Source of the DNA: a virus
Direction: 5' to 3' (one strand)
Length of the DNA: 64,000 nucleotides
Virus record (IMG/VR): IMGVR_UViG_3300002920_000054
A program made the position numbers and the translations under genes. The notes below the pieces were generated by a model. That model had not been told where the DNA came from. It saw nothing but the letters and a program-made list of their open reading frames with translations, and did not search any database. Every line of letters starts with the position of its first letter. Positions within the stretch are counted from its first letter, which is position 1. Shown piece by piece: positions 28,193 to 37,673 of this stretch.

Positions 28193-28522
28193 TTATTTTA
28201 AAACATCTGCTACACTATCTCTTGCCATAAAAAGATAACCGTACACTACATCTAATGGACAAAATACAATTTCTTTATCATTGTAAATAAATATCTGTTT
28301 TGCCCAATGGCCATGTACAGCATCACCTCTTATAATAACCTTATCTAGTGGCTTTAAATATAAATTATCATCTACTTTATAATGCATAGCCACATCTAAT
28401 GTTACTAATTTTACTCTTGGAGTTAAAGCTAATCCACCTTTAATATCAGCTTCAACACCGCTCACTTTAGGTGCATATACTGCAATTCTATCCTGTTTAG
28501 TAAAAGCAATCTGATAAGACAT
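28193..28522 (-). CDS. groES: GroES-like co-chaperonin
   Basis: DRIAV...IKGGLALT (mobile loop, cf. DRVIV...AGGIVLT) and LKPLDKVII...IYNDKEIVFCPLDVVYG (cf. VKVGDIVIF...IDNEEVLIM..DILA); 109 aa. Confidence 0.65.
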   Translation of the reverse strand: MSYQIAFTKQDRIAVYAPKVSGVEADIKGGLALTPRVKLVTLDVAMHYKVDDNLYLKPLDKVIIRGDAVHGHWAKQIFIYNDKEIVFCPLDVVYGYLFMARDSVADVLK

Positions 28523-28537
28523 ACAACCTCCTATCTA

Positions 28538-29569
28538 TTAGAATAGCTTTCCATATTTTAAAGATAAAACTTTACGCATTATAATATCTAAATTCTCTAT
28601 ATTATTATACAATAATTTTTCTAATTCATAGCTTAAAAAGTTATCTTCAGGCTCATTATTAACAGAAATTGTATCAAATATATTAGTTTCTGCGGTTTCT
28701 GGGTCATAACTAGACCTTACATCTCGATGTGCAGCTGCTTGAATTTCTTGGATTTTTTCTGGGGATACATTCTCAAATGACTCGCTAACATATTCTAAAA
28801 CTTTCTTAGAAGTTAAATCGGCATTAGTTTTTTGTTGGGCTTTAACAGCTCTTTTTAAAATACGTTTTTCATTTTGAGGTATATGCACTATAGAGTCATT
28901 TAGAATTTCATCCATATTATTATTCATTCTAGCAATGGCAGTGGACGCAAAAACCTTTTTGTAAGGGGGGACAAATTTATCAATTGCAACCAAAAGACCT
29001 TCTGCTGAAGCTTGTACAAAATCCATATAATCCAAATCCTTATGACGATGCTGTGGTTTAACCGCGTGGGTCCAAAAAATCTTAGCTCTATTTAAAGCTA
29101 ATGGTAAATTATTATTTACTAATATATGTCTTATTTTGACAATTTCATTATAGATATTTATTAACGCTTTAATTTTATGTCCCTTATAATTTTTTAAAGC
29201 CCAATCAATAAAACGATAGTTAATTCTAAACTTGTATAAACTTTCAGGTTTATTATTCAAAATAGCGTTATAAATTTGCGTAGAACGAGCCTGCTTTTCT
29301 CTAAAATACACCCTTGAAATTAAGAGGTATTTACTAGTTTCATTTTTTTTGACATTATTCATATAATCAATAAATTTTTTATAAACCAAAGTACCATGTT
29401 TTTTATCGGAAAGTAATAAATCTCTAAATTGTTTTTCTAAACCAAAAAGTTCGTTTAATAATGTTTTTTGAGGACGGCCATCGATTTCACGATTTTCGTC
29501 TAAAATCTTGTTCAACTCTGCAATAAAATTAAAAAACGTTGCGTTTTCTACTTTATTAAATTCACTCAT
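28538..29569 (-). CDS. Sigma70-family RNA polymerase sigma factor, ending before region 4.2
   Basis: Region 2: NNLPLALNRAK...DFVQASAEGLLVAIDKF...FASTA. Region 3: IVHIP. Ends LDIIMRKVLSLKYGKLF at a TAA TAG double stop. Confidence 0.8.
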   Translation of the reverse strand: MSEFNKVENATFFNFIAELNKILDENREIDGRPQKTLLNELFGLEKQFRDLLLSDKKHGTLVYKKFIDYMNNVKKNETSKYLLISRVYFREKQARSTQIYNAILNNKPESLYKFRINYRFIDWALKNYKGHKIKALINIYNEIVKIRHILVNNNLPLALNRAKIFWTHAVKPQHRHKDLDYMDFVQASAEGLLVAIDKFVPPYKKVFASTAIARMNNNMDEILNDSIVHIPQNEKRILKRAVKAQQKTNADLTSKKVLEYVSESFENVSPEKIQEIQAAAHRDVRSSYDPETAETNIFDTISVNNEPEDNFLSYELEKLLYNNIENLDIIMRKVLSLKYGKLF

Positions 29570-31062
29570 AATTTCACCACCTGTACTGACCCCATTGTTT
29601 TGTAAATTGATAAACGTTGTTTTAGATGCCTTTCCATATCAGGAGAGCCATCTATAAAAAAATCTACCACAGTAAATTCACGAGGCAGTCCTTCAACTAC
29701 TCTAGTGCCTCTACCTATAGCTTGTTTAATCCTGATTTCTGAAGTTCCACCTTGTAGATAAATTAAAACCGAAACAGGTTTTAAATCTACTCCAGTAGAA
29801 ATTGCAGAGGTACCTATTAGTAACTTTAACTTGCCTTCATTAAATTTATTTACTGCCTCTTGAATATCTACTTTCCAAAACCTTTCAGGTAAAAAATCTT
29901 TTAAAGAATATCCATCCGCATCCATTCTATTAGAAGCGCCGCCATGTACAAATTCAAAACTTTCTGGCGGTAAATCTTTTAAAAATTCATACAAACAAGC
30001 AAACTGCTTAAACTCATCTAATATAATAACTACTTGTTTGTTTAAATTCATAAATCTTTTTGCAATTTGAGCAACAGCTGAATTAACATTTGGGTTATAA
30101 TATAGCTGTTGTCTCTGCTCCTCTTCTATATCACTGCTACTATTTGGTAACGCAGGTACCGTGATGATAGTAAATTTTGGCTTTTTTAAAAAACCTTCTT
30201 CAACTAATTCTGTAAATTCTTTTTTATATACCACATCTCCTATAATACCTTTTAATAGCAAATCTGCGCCATCATTTCTTATTTGAGTTGCTGAAACAAA
30301 ATACCTTAAAGGTACATCTTTTAGAACTCTTAAACAAACTTGTTCAAATGTTTCAGCAGGCGTTGTATGAGATTCGTCCCAAATTAACATCTTAGCACTA
30401 GAAATAAACTCCCACTCTTTTGTACCTTCTTCTAATCGCACTAAAGACTGCGCAACGCAAAGAGTAAACATTTTTCCTAATTCTTTTTTACCACTTCCAA
30501 ATTTACCGACATATTTTTTGCCAAACAGATAAACAAAATCATTATATAATTGGTCAGTAATTGCTTTAGAAGGAGTAACTATTACTGTTTGTACACCAAC
30601 CCGTTTACATAATTCTTGAATAATTCTACTCTTACCAGCACCTGTTGGTAACTCAATACTAGCATGAGTGTGTTTTAATAACGCTTCTACCGCTTCTTCT
30701 TGATAATATCGCAATGGGTGCGGTTTATGTGCCCAAGCAATCATTTTAGAATGCTTTGTATAATCAAAATGATACGGCTCTATATCCCAACCAAATTTTT
30801 CTGACAAATCTTTTGCCAGACCAGAATAAGTACAATTTTTGTTATTATATTCAAAAACAAGACATGGTTTTTGTTTAGACTCTAATTCTTTTAGCTGTGA
30901 ATAATAAGATTTTGGGTTAGAGTATTTCCATTTATTATTATTTTTCATTTTTTTTAGTTGATAAGAAACTTGCTTATTCCGATAAGTTAAAAAATTGAGT
31001 AACTCATCGGAAACTTGTGGTATTTCAATTATTGATGGTGTGAGATATTTTATTGTTGCCAT
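29566..31062 (-). CDS. uvsW: SF2 DNA helicase, UvsW-like
   Basis: LRYYQEEA (Q motif), PTGAGKS, IWDESH, SAT, STGVD, QAIGRGTR. Confidence 0.85.
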   Translation of the reverse strand: MATIKYLTPSIIEIPQVSDELLNFLTYRNKQVSYQLKKMKNNNKWKYSNPKSYYSQLKELESKQKPCLVFEYNNKNCTYSGLAKDLSEKFGWDIEPYHFDYTKHSKMIAWAHKPHPLRYYQEEAVEALLKHTHASIELPTGAGKSRIIQELCKRVGVQTVIVTPSKAITDQLYNDFVYLFGKKYVGKFGSGKKELGKMFTLCVAQSLVRLEEGTKEWEFISSAKMLIWDESHTTPAETFEQVCLRVLKDVPLRYFVSATQIRNDGADLLLKGIIGDVVYKKEFTELVEEGFLKKPKFTIITVPALPNSSSDIEEEQRQQLYYNPNVNSAVAQIAKRFMNLNKQVVIILDEFKQFACLYEFLKDLPPESFEFVHGGASNRMDADGYSLKDFLPERFWKVDIQEAVNKFNEGKLKLLIGTSAISTGVDLKPVSVLIYLQGGTSEIRIKQAIGRGTRVVEGLPREFTVVDFFIDGSPDMERHLKQRLSIYKTMGSVQVVKL

Positions 31063-31123
31063 TATTATAGATAATATGATATAATCATTAAAGTAAACCT
31101 AAATTTTTTTAAAAAAGAGGAAT

Positions 31124-31798
31124 ATGAATAATACCGAAAGTTTTAATATGACAGAAAGCCAACTACAAGCATTAGTCGGTTGGCTCATACAAGATAAAGA
31201 TTTTTTTCTAGCAGCTCATGAAAAAATAAAACCAAACTATTTTTATGACCCTATACTAAGCGAGATTTTTATAGAAATTAAAAAATTTTATAATAATTAC
31301 AATAAATTACCTACAATAGAAGAATTAGATGGGGTCTTTTTTAAAAAATACGAGCAGTTATCAAAATACAAAGAACGAAAGGAAAAACTGCTATTATGCA
31401 GTGAGATGAGCCAAAAAATATCCTTACAATTCTTAATTGACAATATTACTACATTCCTTAAACAAGCCATTGCTATGAATGCACTAAAGGAAATGGTTAA
31501 TTTTTGGAACTTAAAAAAATTCAATGAAGTAGTTACTCTTATTCATGCAACTTCTGATGAATTAAAAAGTATTCATTTTAATTATAATAAAGAAAATGAA
31601 CAGAAAAAAGAGATAGACCATGTAGCCTTAAAATTTATTAAGATTATCCAATTCATAAAAGACCACCCAGAAAAATTAACTAAAGAAGATAACGACTTAA
31701 TAGACCAATTCCTAGCCGAGTATTATACTAATAATACTTGGGATACAAGTTTAGTACCACATATTGCAGCCTTATACCAAAAAGTTAAAAACGAATAA
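31124..31798 (+). CDS. Stand-alone DnaB/gp41-like N-terminal domain protein
   Basis: ESQLQALVGWLIQDKDF....IKPNYFYDP..SEIFIEI..FY..YNKLPT resembles the DnaB N-terminal domain; no P-loop. Confidence 0.55.
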   Translation: MNNTESFNMTESQLQALVGWLIQDKDFFLAAHEKIKPNYFYDPILSEIFIEIKKFYNNYNKLPTIEELDGVFFKKYEQLSKYKERKEKLLLCSEMSQKISLQFLIDNITTFLKQAIAMNALKEMVNFWNLKKFNEVVTLIHATSDELKSIHFNYNKENEQKKEIDHVALKFIKIIQFIKDHPEKLTKEDNDLIDQFLAEYYTNNTWDTSLVPHIAALYQKVKNE

Positions 31799-31866
31799 AC
31801 TTACCATATTAGTTCTTATTTATTCATTATAATCGTCATTACAATGAATGTTACATTTTATTATGT

Positions 31867-32057
31867 CAAAAATTACATGAAAAATGCAGATTTTTGCAAA
31901 AACTTGCAGAAATCATGTAAAAACTTGCAGAAATCATGTAAAAATTAACAAAGCACTTTGACAAAAATTACATGAAAAATGCAGATTTTTGCGAAACTTC
32001 GCAAAAATCATGTAAAAACTTGCAGAAAATATGTAAAAATCATGTAAAAATTAACAT
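31867..32057. repeat. Iteron-like repeat array upstream of the initiator-like gene
   Basis: 31-bp direct repeat caaaaattacatgaaaaatgcagatttttgc at 31867 and 31962; 21-bp tandem aaaaacttgcagaaatcatgt twice; CATGTAA core present in both orientations. Confidence 0.85.
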
Positions 32058-32064
32058 GAATTTG

Positions 32065-32070
32065 TAGTAT
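32065..32070 (+). promoter_or_regulatory. TAGTAT -10-like box (recurrent in intergenic gaps)
   Basis: The same box occurs at 34491, 35575, 42906, 45681, 50188, 52941, 55921, 58566 and 58574 (+) and at 7743 and 57996 (-), each just upstream of a gene. Confidence 0.5.
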
Positions 32071-32097
32071 AGTATTTTTAGAACCTAAAAAAGTGAG

Positions 32098-33924
32098 GTG
32101 TATTTTATGAACACAAATAAAGAAAAAAATAATAATTCTGATTATTTAGAACTTTTAAGAAACTCTAAATATCTTCAAAACGAAGAGGTTTTAAAAACTC
32201 TAGATGTAATCTTACAATCTCTTGAAAACGATTGCATAGAAGTAGAAACCCTCCATTCTAAAAGAATATTCAACAAAAGTACCCTAAATTCGCATATTAT
32301 GTATTTAAAATTACTAGGGATTTTAAAATCTAAAAATGAAAACGGTAGAGAATTAGTCCAAGTAGATTACGAAACCTTAAAACGTCTAACCATAAACACT
32401 CAAAATATAACTCAAGTATCTGATTTTCCTGAAAATTCTAATGAAACAACGGCATACATTAACAAGATAATTGCCCATAGTTTAAACGCTATCACACAAG
32501 TCGTTGAACATAGCCATAACACTATGCAAGTAATGTTTAGGGAATTTAGTTCTACTATAGCAAACCAAAACCAAGTGATAACCCAGATATTAGCTTTATT
32601 TGCGCAAAATTCGGCTTTAAACGAAAAAAATGGGCTGGGGGTAGCCAATGGTATTACCCAGACAGAAAAAGTCGCTCCTATGAGCCAAAAAACACAAAAT
32701 AAGCCTATTTCCGAAATAGCATTACATAGCGAACCAATAAACCGAGTTATAACACCTAAAACAACACCAAATGATACCGACGACGAAATGAACCTAGCCG
32801 ACAATGAAGTAGCCGCAGTGGATTTTGAGGGTGATTTTGATGCTGAAAATGAGGCTGAATTTTTACAAGAAAAAGAAAATACGAAAAAAGAAATCAAAAA
32901 AGAAGAAAGAAAAGAAAAAAGTACCAAAAAAGAAAAGAAAGAAGAAAAAAGCAAAGAAAAAAGCACAAAAGAAAAAGAACAGGGTAAAGGCTTAGGATTC
33001 CTACCTTACCCTACCAATGAAAAAGAAAAAGAAAAATATAAAAAAGAAAAAGAAAAGTTTTCAGAAAATTCTGAAACAGAAGAAAACAAAAAATCACCAG
33101 CAGAAATTTTCAAAGAATGGGAATTAAGTCTCCCTGAAAAATTTTCATTCAAGGAACGAAAAGAATTATTTTATAATTTATTCCTGAATTTTGCAAATTT
33201 GTTGTATGATAAAACTGTAGCTATGGAATACTTTGACCGTGCCGTAAAAGCACTATCTCCTAAATTCAAACCCAAAAATGTAAGCCACAACGCTTATCGT
33301 GCTTGGCAAGAGGCAGTGCGTAATGATGCACGGGCAATGTTTGCAAAAGTTTACCCTCTAGAAAGAATTTCCCCTGAGGGAATTAGTAATCATGACAAGG
33401 AGGATAATCACCATGTAACACGCTCAAACTCAAAACCACAAAACAACACGCCGCCCGCAAGTCCTTCTAGGGTTACTCGTACCTTTGACGACGACGAAGA
33501 GGTTGTTGTTGACATCGGTACGATGAAGCTTTATCTGCCAACCAAGCCCGGTCCATTTGAAAACGACCCTGAGCTTATGGCAGAGCTTAAAGCAACCAAA
33601 GAAGCGTTACAGCGAGATGACTCTGCGGAGTTAGAAGCAAAAAAAGCGATTTTAAAAGAGGTTTTAGAGAAAAACCCTCACATTGACATAACTAAGCCAC
33701 TTGATTACGACTTTGATGCGCTAATTAAGGCTTATAACGAACATATCAATGCCAAAAATGAGCCTAAAAATACGGCAGAAGATACTAATGGCCCCCGCGT
33801 AAATAATGGCGATACGCCCAAAGACACTAATGCCCTAAATACTAATGCCCAAACTAATGCTCATGACCCTTTGGCGATTGATATTTCGGCTTTAAATATT
33901 GCTCATGAGAATAACAATGAATAG
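32098..33924 (+). CDS. Putative replication initiator (N-terminal winged helix, K/E-rich linker, helical C-domain)
   Basis: wHTH-like IFNKSTLNSHIMYLKLLGILKS; long KE-rich linker typical of phage O/DnaD-type initiators; flanked by iterons and DnaB-like genes. Confidence 0.55.
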   Translation: MYFMNTNKEKNNNSDYLELLRNSKYLQNEEVLKTLDVILQSLENDCIEVETLHSKRIFNKSTLNSHIMYLKLLGILKSKNENGRELVQVDYETLKRLTINTQNITQVSDFPENSNETTAYINKIIAHSLNAITQVVEHSHNTMQVMFREFSSTIANQNQVITQILALFAQNSALNEKNGLGVANGITQTEKVAPMSQKTQNKPISEIALHSEPINRVITPKTTPNDTDDEMNLADNEVAAVDFEGDFDAENEAEFLQEKENTKKEIKKEERKEKSTKKEKKEEKSKEKSTKEKEQGKGLGFLPYPTNEKEKEKYKKEKEKFSENSETEENKKSPAEIFKEWELSLPEKFSFKERKELFYNLFLNFANLLYDKTVAMEYFDRAVKALSPKFKPKNVSHNAYRAWQEAVRNDARAMFAKVYPLERISPEGISNHDKEDNHHVTRSNSKPQNNTPPASPSRVTRTFDDDEEVVVDIGTMKLYLPTKPGPFENDPELMAELKATKEALQRDDSAELEAKKAILKEVLEKNPHIDITKPLDYDFDALIKAYNEHINAKNEPKNTAEDTNGPRVNNGDTPKDTNALNTNAQTNAHDPLAIDISALNIAHENNNE

Positions 33925-34500
33925 CCATGCCATAAGATACGGGAATAAAATATGCCTAGAATTTGGCGTAAAGTGCCATACAATGCGCGAAAACAATGCC
34001 CTTCGTGGTCACCTATTAAGACGCCAAAAAAATGCCATATACGCCAAATTAACGCCAAAAAATACTAATCCCCAATTTACACACGGCCAATTAAAAGCTA
34101 TTTGTTGTTATAACACCCTACGATATGATGCCTATTTGAATTTATGGCTAAAAAATGGTGCTCATGAGGCCACTAAATAATGCCCTAATTTAAAATGCCC
34201 TAAGAAAATAAAGGCGTTGAGTGTTAATGTTATAAGGCCCTAAACACCTTCAAATCGTAATAAGCAATAAATTTTCGTGGGAGTTTTTCGCTTTTGAAAT
34301 TTTAGCTTTTTTGTGTTCTTTCCGATAAGAGCTCTTAGCTGATAGAATTAGTTTATCCTTTTTTGCTTACTATTTTTGTAAGCTAGGATAGTTATTTTTT
34401 TTGAAAAAATACGCTTTTGATTGATGGTAGCGTAGAGGGATTTTATTTTTTTGGCGTTAAAAAAATTTTTATTATTAAATGGCTAAATTATAGTATTGTG
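33780..34500. other. Candidate replication origin: GCC-motif-rich segment, then a T-rich segment, with a GC/AT skew switch
   Basis: About 15-17 (A/T)(T/C)GCC-type motifs on one strand. Hand counts: 34021-34080 has 17 C vs 4 G; 34381-34440 has 4 C vs 16 G. Confidence 0.45.
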
Positions 34501-34517
34501 ATAAATAGGAGTTTCAC

Positions 34518-35570
34518 ATGATGGGTGAATCAAAGCATATTAAAATTAACGATTTTAATTTATTAGAAAAAGAAAAAGAATTAAAAAAAGAAAAAATTGC
34601 AGAAGAATTAGGTAAGAGACAATATACCAAAAGTTTAAGAGAAAGATTAGAAAATTTTAGTTTAACAGATTACGAAGCTGGTACTACGCAAGCAAAACGC
34701 GCTACTCAAATTCTGAACCAAATTAACATTGATAAAAGAGTTGTTGCTAAAAGATTAACTTTTATTAACGACACGTTGTCTCGTTACGTACCTTTACTTG
34801 GTGGAAGTTTATATTTAATCGGTGCTGTATCTGGTTCAGGTAAATCTACTTGCGTTGCGAATATCGTACATCCTTTATGGAAAGCGAAAAAGAAAATTTT
34901 AGTTTTATCTAACGAGGAAACTCAAAAAGACGTGTATGCTCGTATTGCTTGTCTAGATTTACCTAACGGAGATTTTAATGCATGGAGAAAAGGTCTAGTA
35001 GATAGTAAAACTCATTTAGATATTACTGCTAAGATTTTGGATATTATTCCTTACGTAACGGTGGTGGATAATTCAGCGGGTGCTCCTCCTAGTACTATAG
35101 AAGGTATCCAAAAAACTCTAGAAGAGGCAAAGAAAAAAAATAATTATGATTGTATTTTAATTGACTATGCTCAAAACTGTAAAACTAGTATTTTTAACTC
35201 ACACTTAGATAACACAACGGTTATGTATCAATTAAGAGATTATTTAAACTCTTACATTTCCACTTCTAGCATTCCGTTAGTATTATTTACTCAGCTAAAG
35301 CCATTTGTTGCTGATAAAGACCAAAGAGACCGTAAAATTGAAAGTCGTATTAAATGGTGTACTGGATTGTTCGAAATTGCAACTTGTGTAATTGAAATTA
35401 TTAGGGATAGAGAAAATAAAATGTCTATTTTCCATGTGGAAAAAGACCGATTTGGTGATATTGGACCTGATGTGCCATGTCGGTTTGAACGTGGGAAATA
35501 TGTTGAATTAAGTGTAGATGAAATGTTGGCACTTGAGATGCCTCAAGAAAAATCTAATAAAAATAAATAA
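34518..35570 (+). CDS. dnaB: DnaB-like replicative helicase, ATPase domain only
   Basis: YLIGAVSGSGKST, VLSNEE, ILIDYAQ, FTQLK, VEKDRFG; lacks the N-terminal domain. Confidence 0.8.
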   Translation: MMGESKHIKINDFNLLEKEKELKKEKIAEELGKRQYTKSLRERLENFSLTDYEAGTTQAKRATQILNQINIDKRVVAKRLTFINDTLSRYVPLLGGSLYLIGAVSGSGKSTCVANIVHPLWKAKKKILVLSNEETQKDVYARIACLDLPNGDFNAWRKGLVDSKTHLDITAKILDIIPYVTVVDNSAGAPPSTIEGIQKTLEEAKKKNNYDCILIDYAQNCKTSIFNSHLDNTTVMYQLRDYLNSYISTSSIPLVLFTQLKPFVADKDQRDRKIESRIKWCTGLFEIATCVIEIIRDRENKMSIFHVEKDRFGDIGPDVPCRFERGKYVELSVDEMLALEMPQEKSNKNK

Positions 35571-35601
35571 TTTATAGTATTTTTATAAGTGGAGGGTCAA
35601 T

Positions 35602-37398
35602 ATGAGTCTATTCCAAACTAAAAAACCAAAATCCGCTGCAAAAATCATGTTACCAGCTTCTGAAAGGTTAACTACAGAGACATTAAATACTTTAAAACAT
35701 ATTTCGCAGATGGTTAGTCAAACATTAGGCCCCGGTGGCAAACAAGTTTTGATTGAACGACCAGAAGTTGGTATGAAACCTATTGCCACTAAAGATGGTG
35801 TAACCGTATTTAAACATTTGGGTTACGAATCAGCAATTCAACAAGTAATTTTAGAAGCCGCAAGAGACGCAGCAATTCGAACAGCTAATGATGCAGGTGA
35901 TGGTACTACAACTGCTACAATTTTATCTTATGCTATTGCAGAACTAACTGCTGAAGTACTTAAAAATAATGATAAAATTAGTCCACAATCTTTAATTAGA
36001 GCAATGCAATCTTTAATTCCTTCAATTACTAAATTTATTGAATCTCATAGAATAGATGTAAATGCAGATAATTATGAGGAGGTCTTAAGAATAGTAGGTA
36101 CAATTTCTGCTAATGGTGATGTAGATTTAGCTAATAAAATTTTAGAAGCGATAGACCAAATAGGAGAAGAAGGAAGCCTTACTATTGCTGAAATTAACAT
36201 GGGTGGTACTAGCCGTTATGAGATTGAAAGATTAAATGGTTATACTTTAGAAAAAGGTTATGAAGAAAGTTGCCGTAATTTTGCAACAGGGTTTTTAAAC
36301 GATAAGAGCGGTTCTAAAGTAGTATTAGAGAAACCTGTGTTTATCTTATATGATGGTGTGATTAACGACATCTCACAAGTTGCAGATGGTTTAATTAAAT
36401 TAACCGAGTATATGGTACAATCAAATATACCTAACAAAAACGCAGTTATTGTAGCTCATGGATTTTCTGATAGTGTAGTTGGCGATTTACATGTAAACTG
36501 GAACCACCCTAAAGCTCAGTTAAAAATTTTCCCATTACTTACCCCATCTGATATTATTAGAAATTATGGCACTCACATTTTATATGATTTACAAGCTTAT
36601 GTCGGTGTACCTGTATTTAATCCAATAGATAGACCTTTTACTGATATAGACCCCAAACAATTATGCGATTTAAATAGAGCTACAAAATTTGAGTGCGAAA
36701 GATATAAGTCTTTAATTTATGTAAATGAAGACCCAGATGCTATAGCTTTACGAGTTGAGGAGTTAAAATTACAAAAAGAAAAACCAGAAAGTGAATATGA
36801 ACTTCGTTCTTTAGAATTACGAATTGGTAAACTTACTTCTGGTATTGCCAGATTAAACATTTATGGCCCTTCTGCAATTGAAACAAGAGAAAAACGGGAT
36901 AGAGCAGAAGATGCTTGGATGGCCATTAAAGGTACTATTAAGCATGGAGCTGTAACTGGCGGCGGTTATATTTTGGTAAGGCTTGCGGCATTTTTACAAA
37001 CACAAGCTGATAAAATTACTGATACTACTTTAAAACTTGCTGCAATTATTTTAGGCAATGCGGTTTTAGAACCAGTTAAAGTGTTATATAGAAACTATGG
37101 TTACACAAACAACCAAGTTGATAAAATTATTAGTGAATTATTGAGAAATGACGACCAAACTTTTGATTTACTAAAACAAAAATGGGTTTCAAAATACGAA
37201 TTGCTAGACTCAGTACCTGCTTTAGTTGAAGCTATTAGAAATAGTATTTCAATTGCATCATTATTAGGTACATTAGGCGGTATCATTGCTTTTCCAAGAG
37301 ACCATATTGAAGATAGAAAAGAAGCAGATTTTGTTAGAGAATTTTCACACGCTATTGGAGAACGTGGTAGTACCAATGGTACAACTTCTATGGAGTAA
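35602..37398 (+). CDS. groEL: GroEL-like group I chaperonin
   Basis: TLGPGGKQVLIE, TKDGVTV, AGDGTTTATIL, KRDRAEDA...GAVTGGG; no C-terminal GGM repeats. Confidence 0.92.
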   Translation: MSLFQTKKPKSAAKIMLPASERLTTETLNTLKHISQMVSQTLGPGGKQVLIERPEVGMKPIATKDGVTVFKHLGYESAIQQVILEAARDAAIRTANDAGDGTTTATILSYAIAELTAEVLKNNDKISPQSLIRAMQSLIPSITKFIESHRIDVNADNYEEVLRIVGTISANGDVDLANKILEAIDQIGEEGSLTIAEINMGGTSRYEIERLNGYTLEKGYEESCRNFATGFLNDKSGSKVVLEKPVFILYDGVINDISQVADGLIKLTEYMVQSNIPNKNAVIVAHGFSDSVVGDLHVNWNHPKAQLKIFPLLTPSDIIRNYGTHILYDLQAYVGVPVFNPIDRPFTDIDPKQLCDLNRATKFECERYKSLIYVNEDPDAIALRVEELKLQKEKPESEYELRSLELRIGKLTSGIARLNIYGPSAIETREKRDRAEDAWMAIKGTIKHGAVTGGGYILVRLAAFLQTQADKITDTTLKLAAIILGNAVLEPVKVLYRNYGYTNNQVDKIISELLRNDDQTFDLLKQKWVSKYELLDSVPALVEAIRNSISIASLLGTLGGIIAFPRDHIEDRKEADFVREFSHAIGERGSTNGTTSME

Positions 37399-37400
37399 AA

Positions 37401-37673
37401 ATGGGTTGGTTTAGATATAAATGTCCACAACATGGTGAATTTATAGCAGTTTTGCCTAAAAGGTCTAAAGCTTATATTTGCCCTATCTGTTCTCAAGAGT
37501 CTCCAGCTGTAATTACAGTCGGTTCTTCAAGAGTAGTAGAAAGATTAGACAATGGAGCGATGGAAAGAGCGGTAGAACGACTTGCCGATATTAAAGAGTT
37601 AATTAAAGAAAGAAACGAAAAGCACGATGAACAAATGAAAGTGGTTAAGGAGTTAGAAGATGATACAGATTAA
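37401..37673 (+). CDS. FmdB-like zinc-ribbon protein
   Basis: FRYKCPQHGEF...YICPIC. Confidence 0.6.
   Translation: MGWFRYKCPQHGEFIAVLPKRSKAYICPICSQESPAVITVGSSRVVERLDNGAMERAVERLADIKELIKERNEKHDEQMKVVKELEDDTD

Noticed and set aside
31867-32057. Repeat array as a possible CRISPR array
   Set aside because: No unique spacers of constant length; repeats are tandem, nested and inverted; no cas genes.
33899-34180. 93-aa plus-strand ORF
   Set aside because: It coincides with the GCC-motif region, has no RBS and atypical codon use; more likely non-coding origin DNA.
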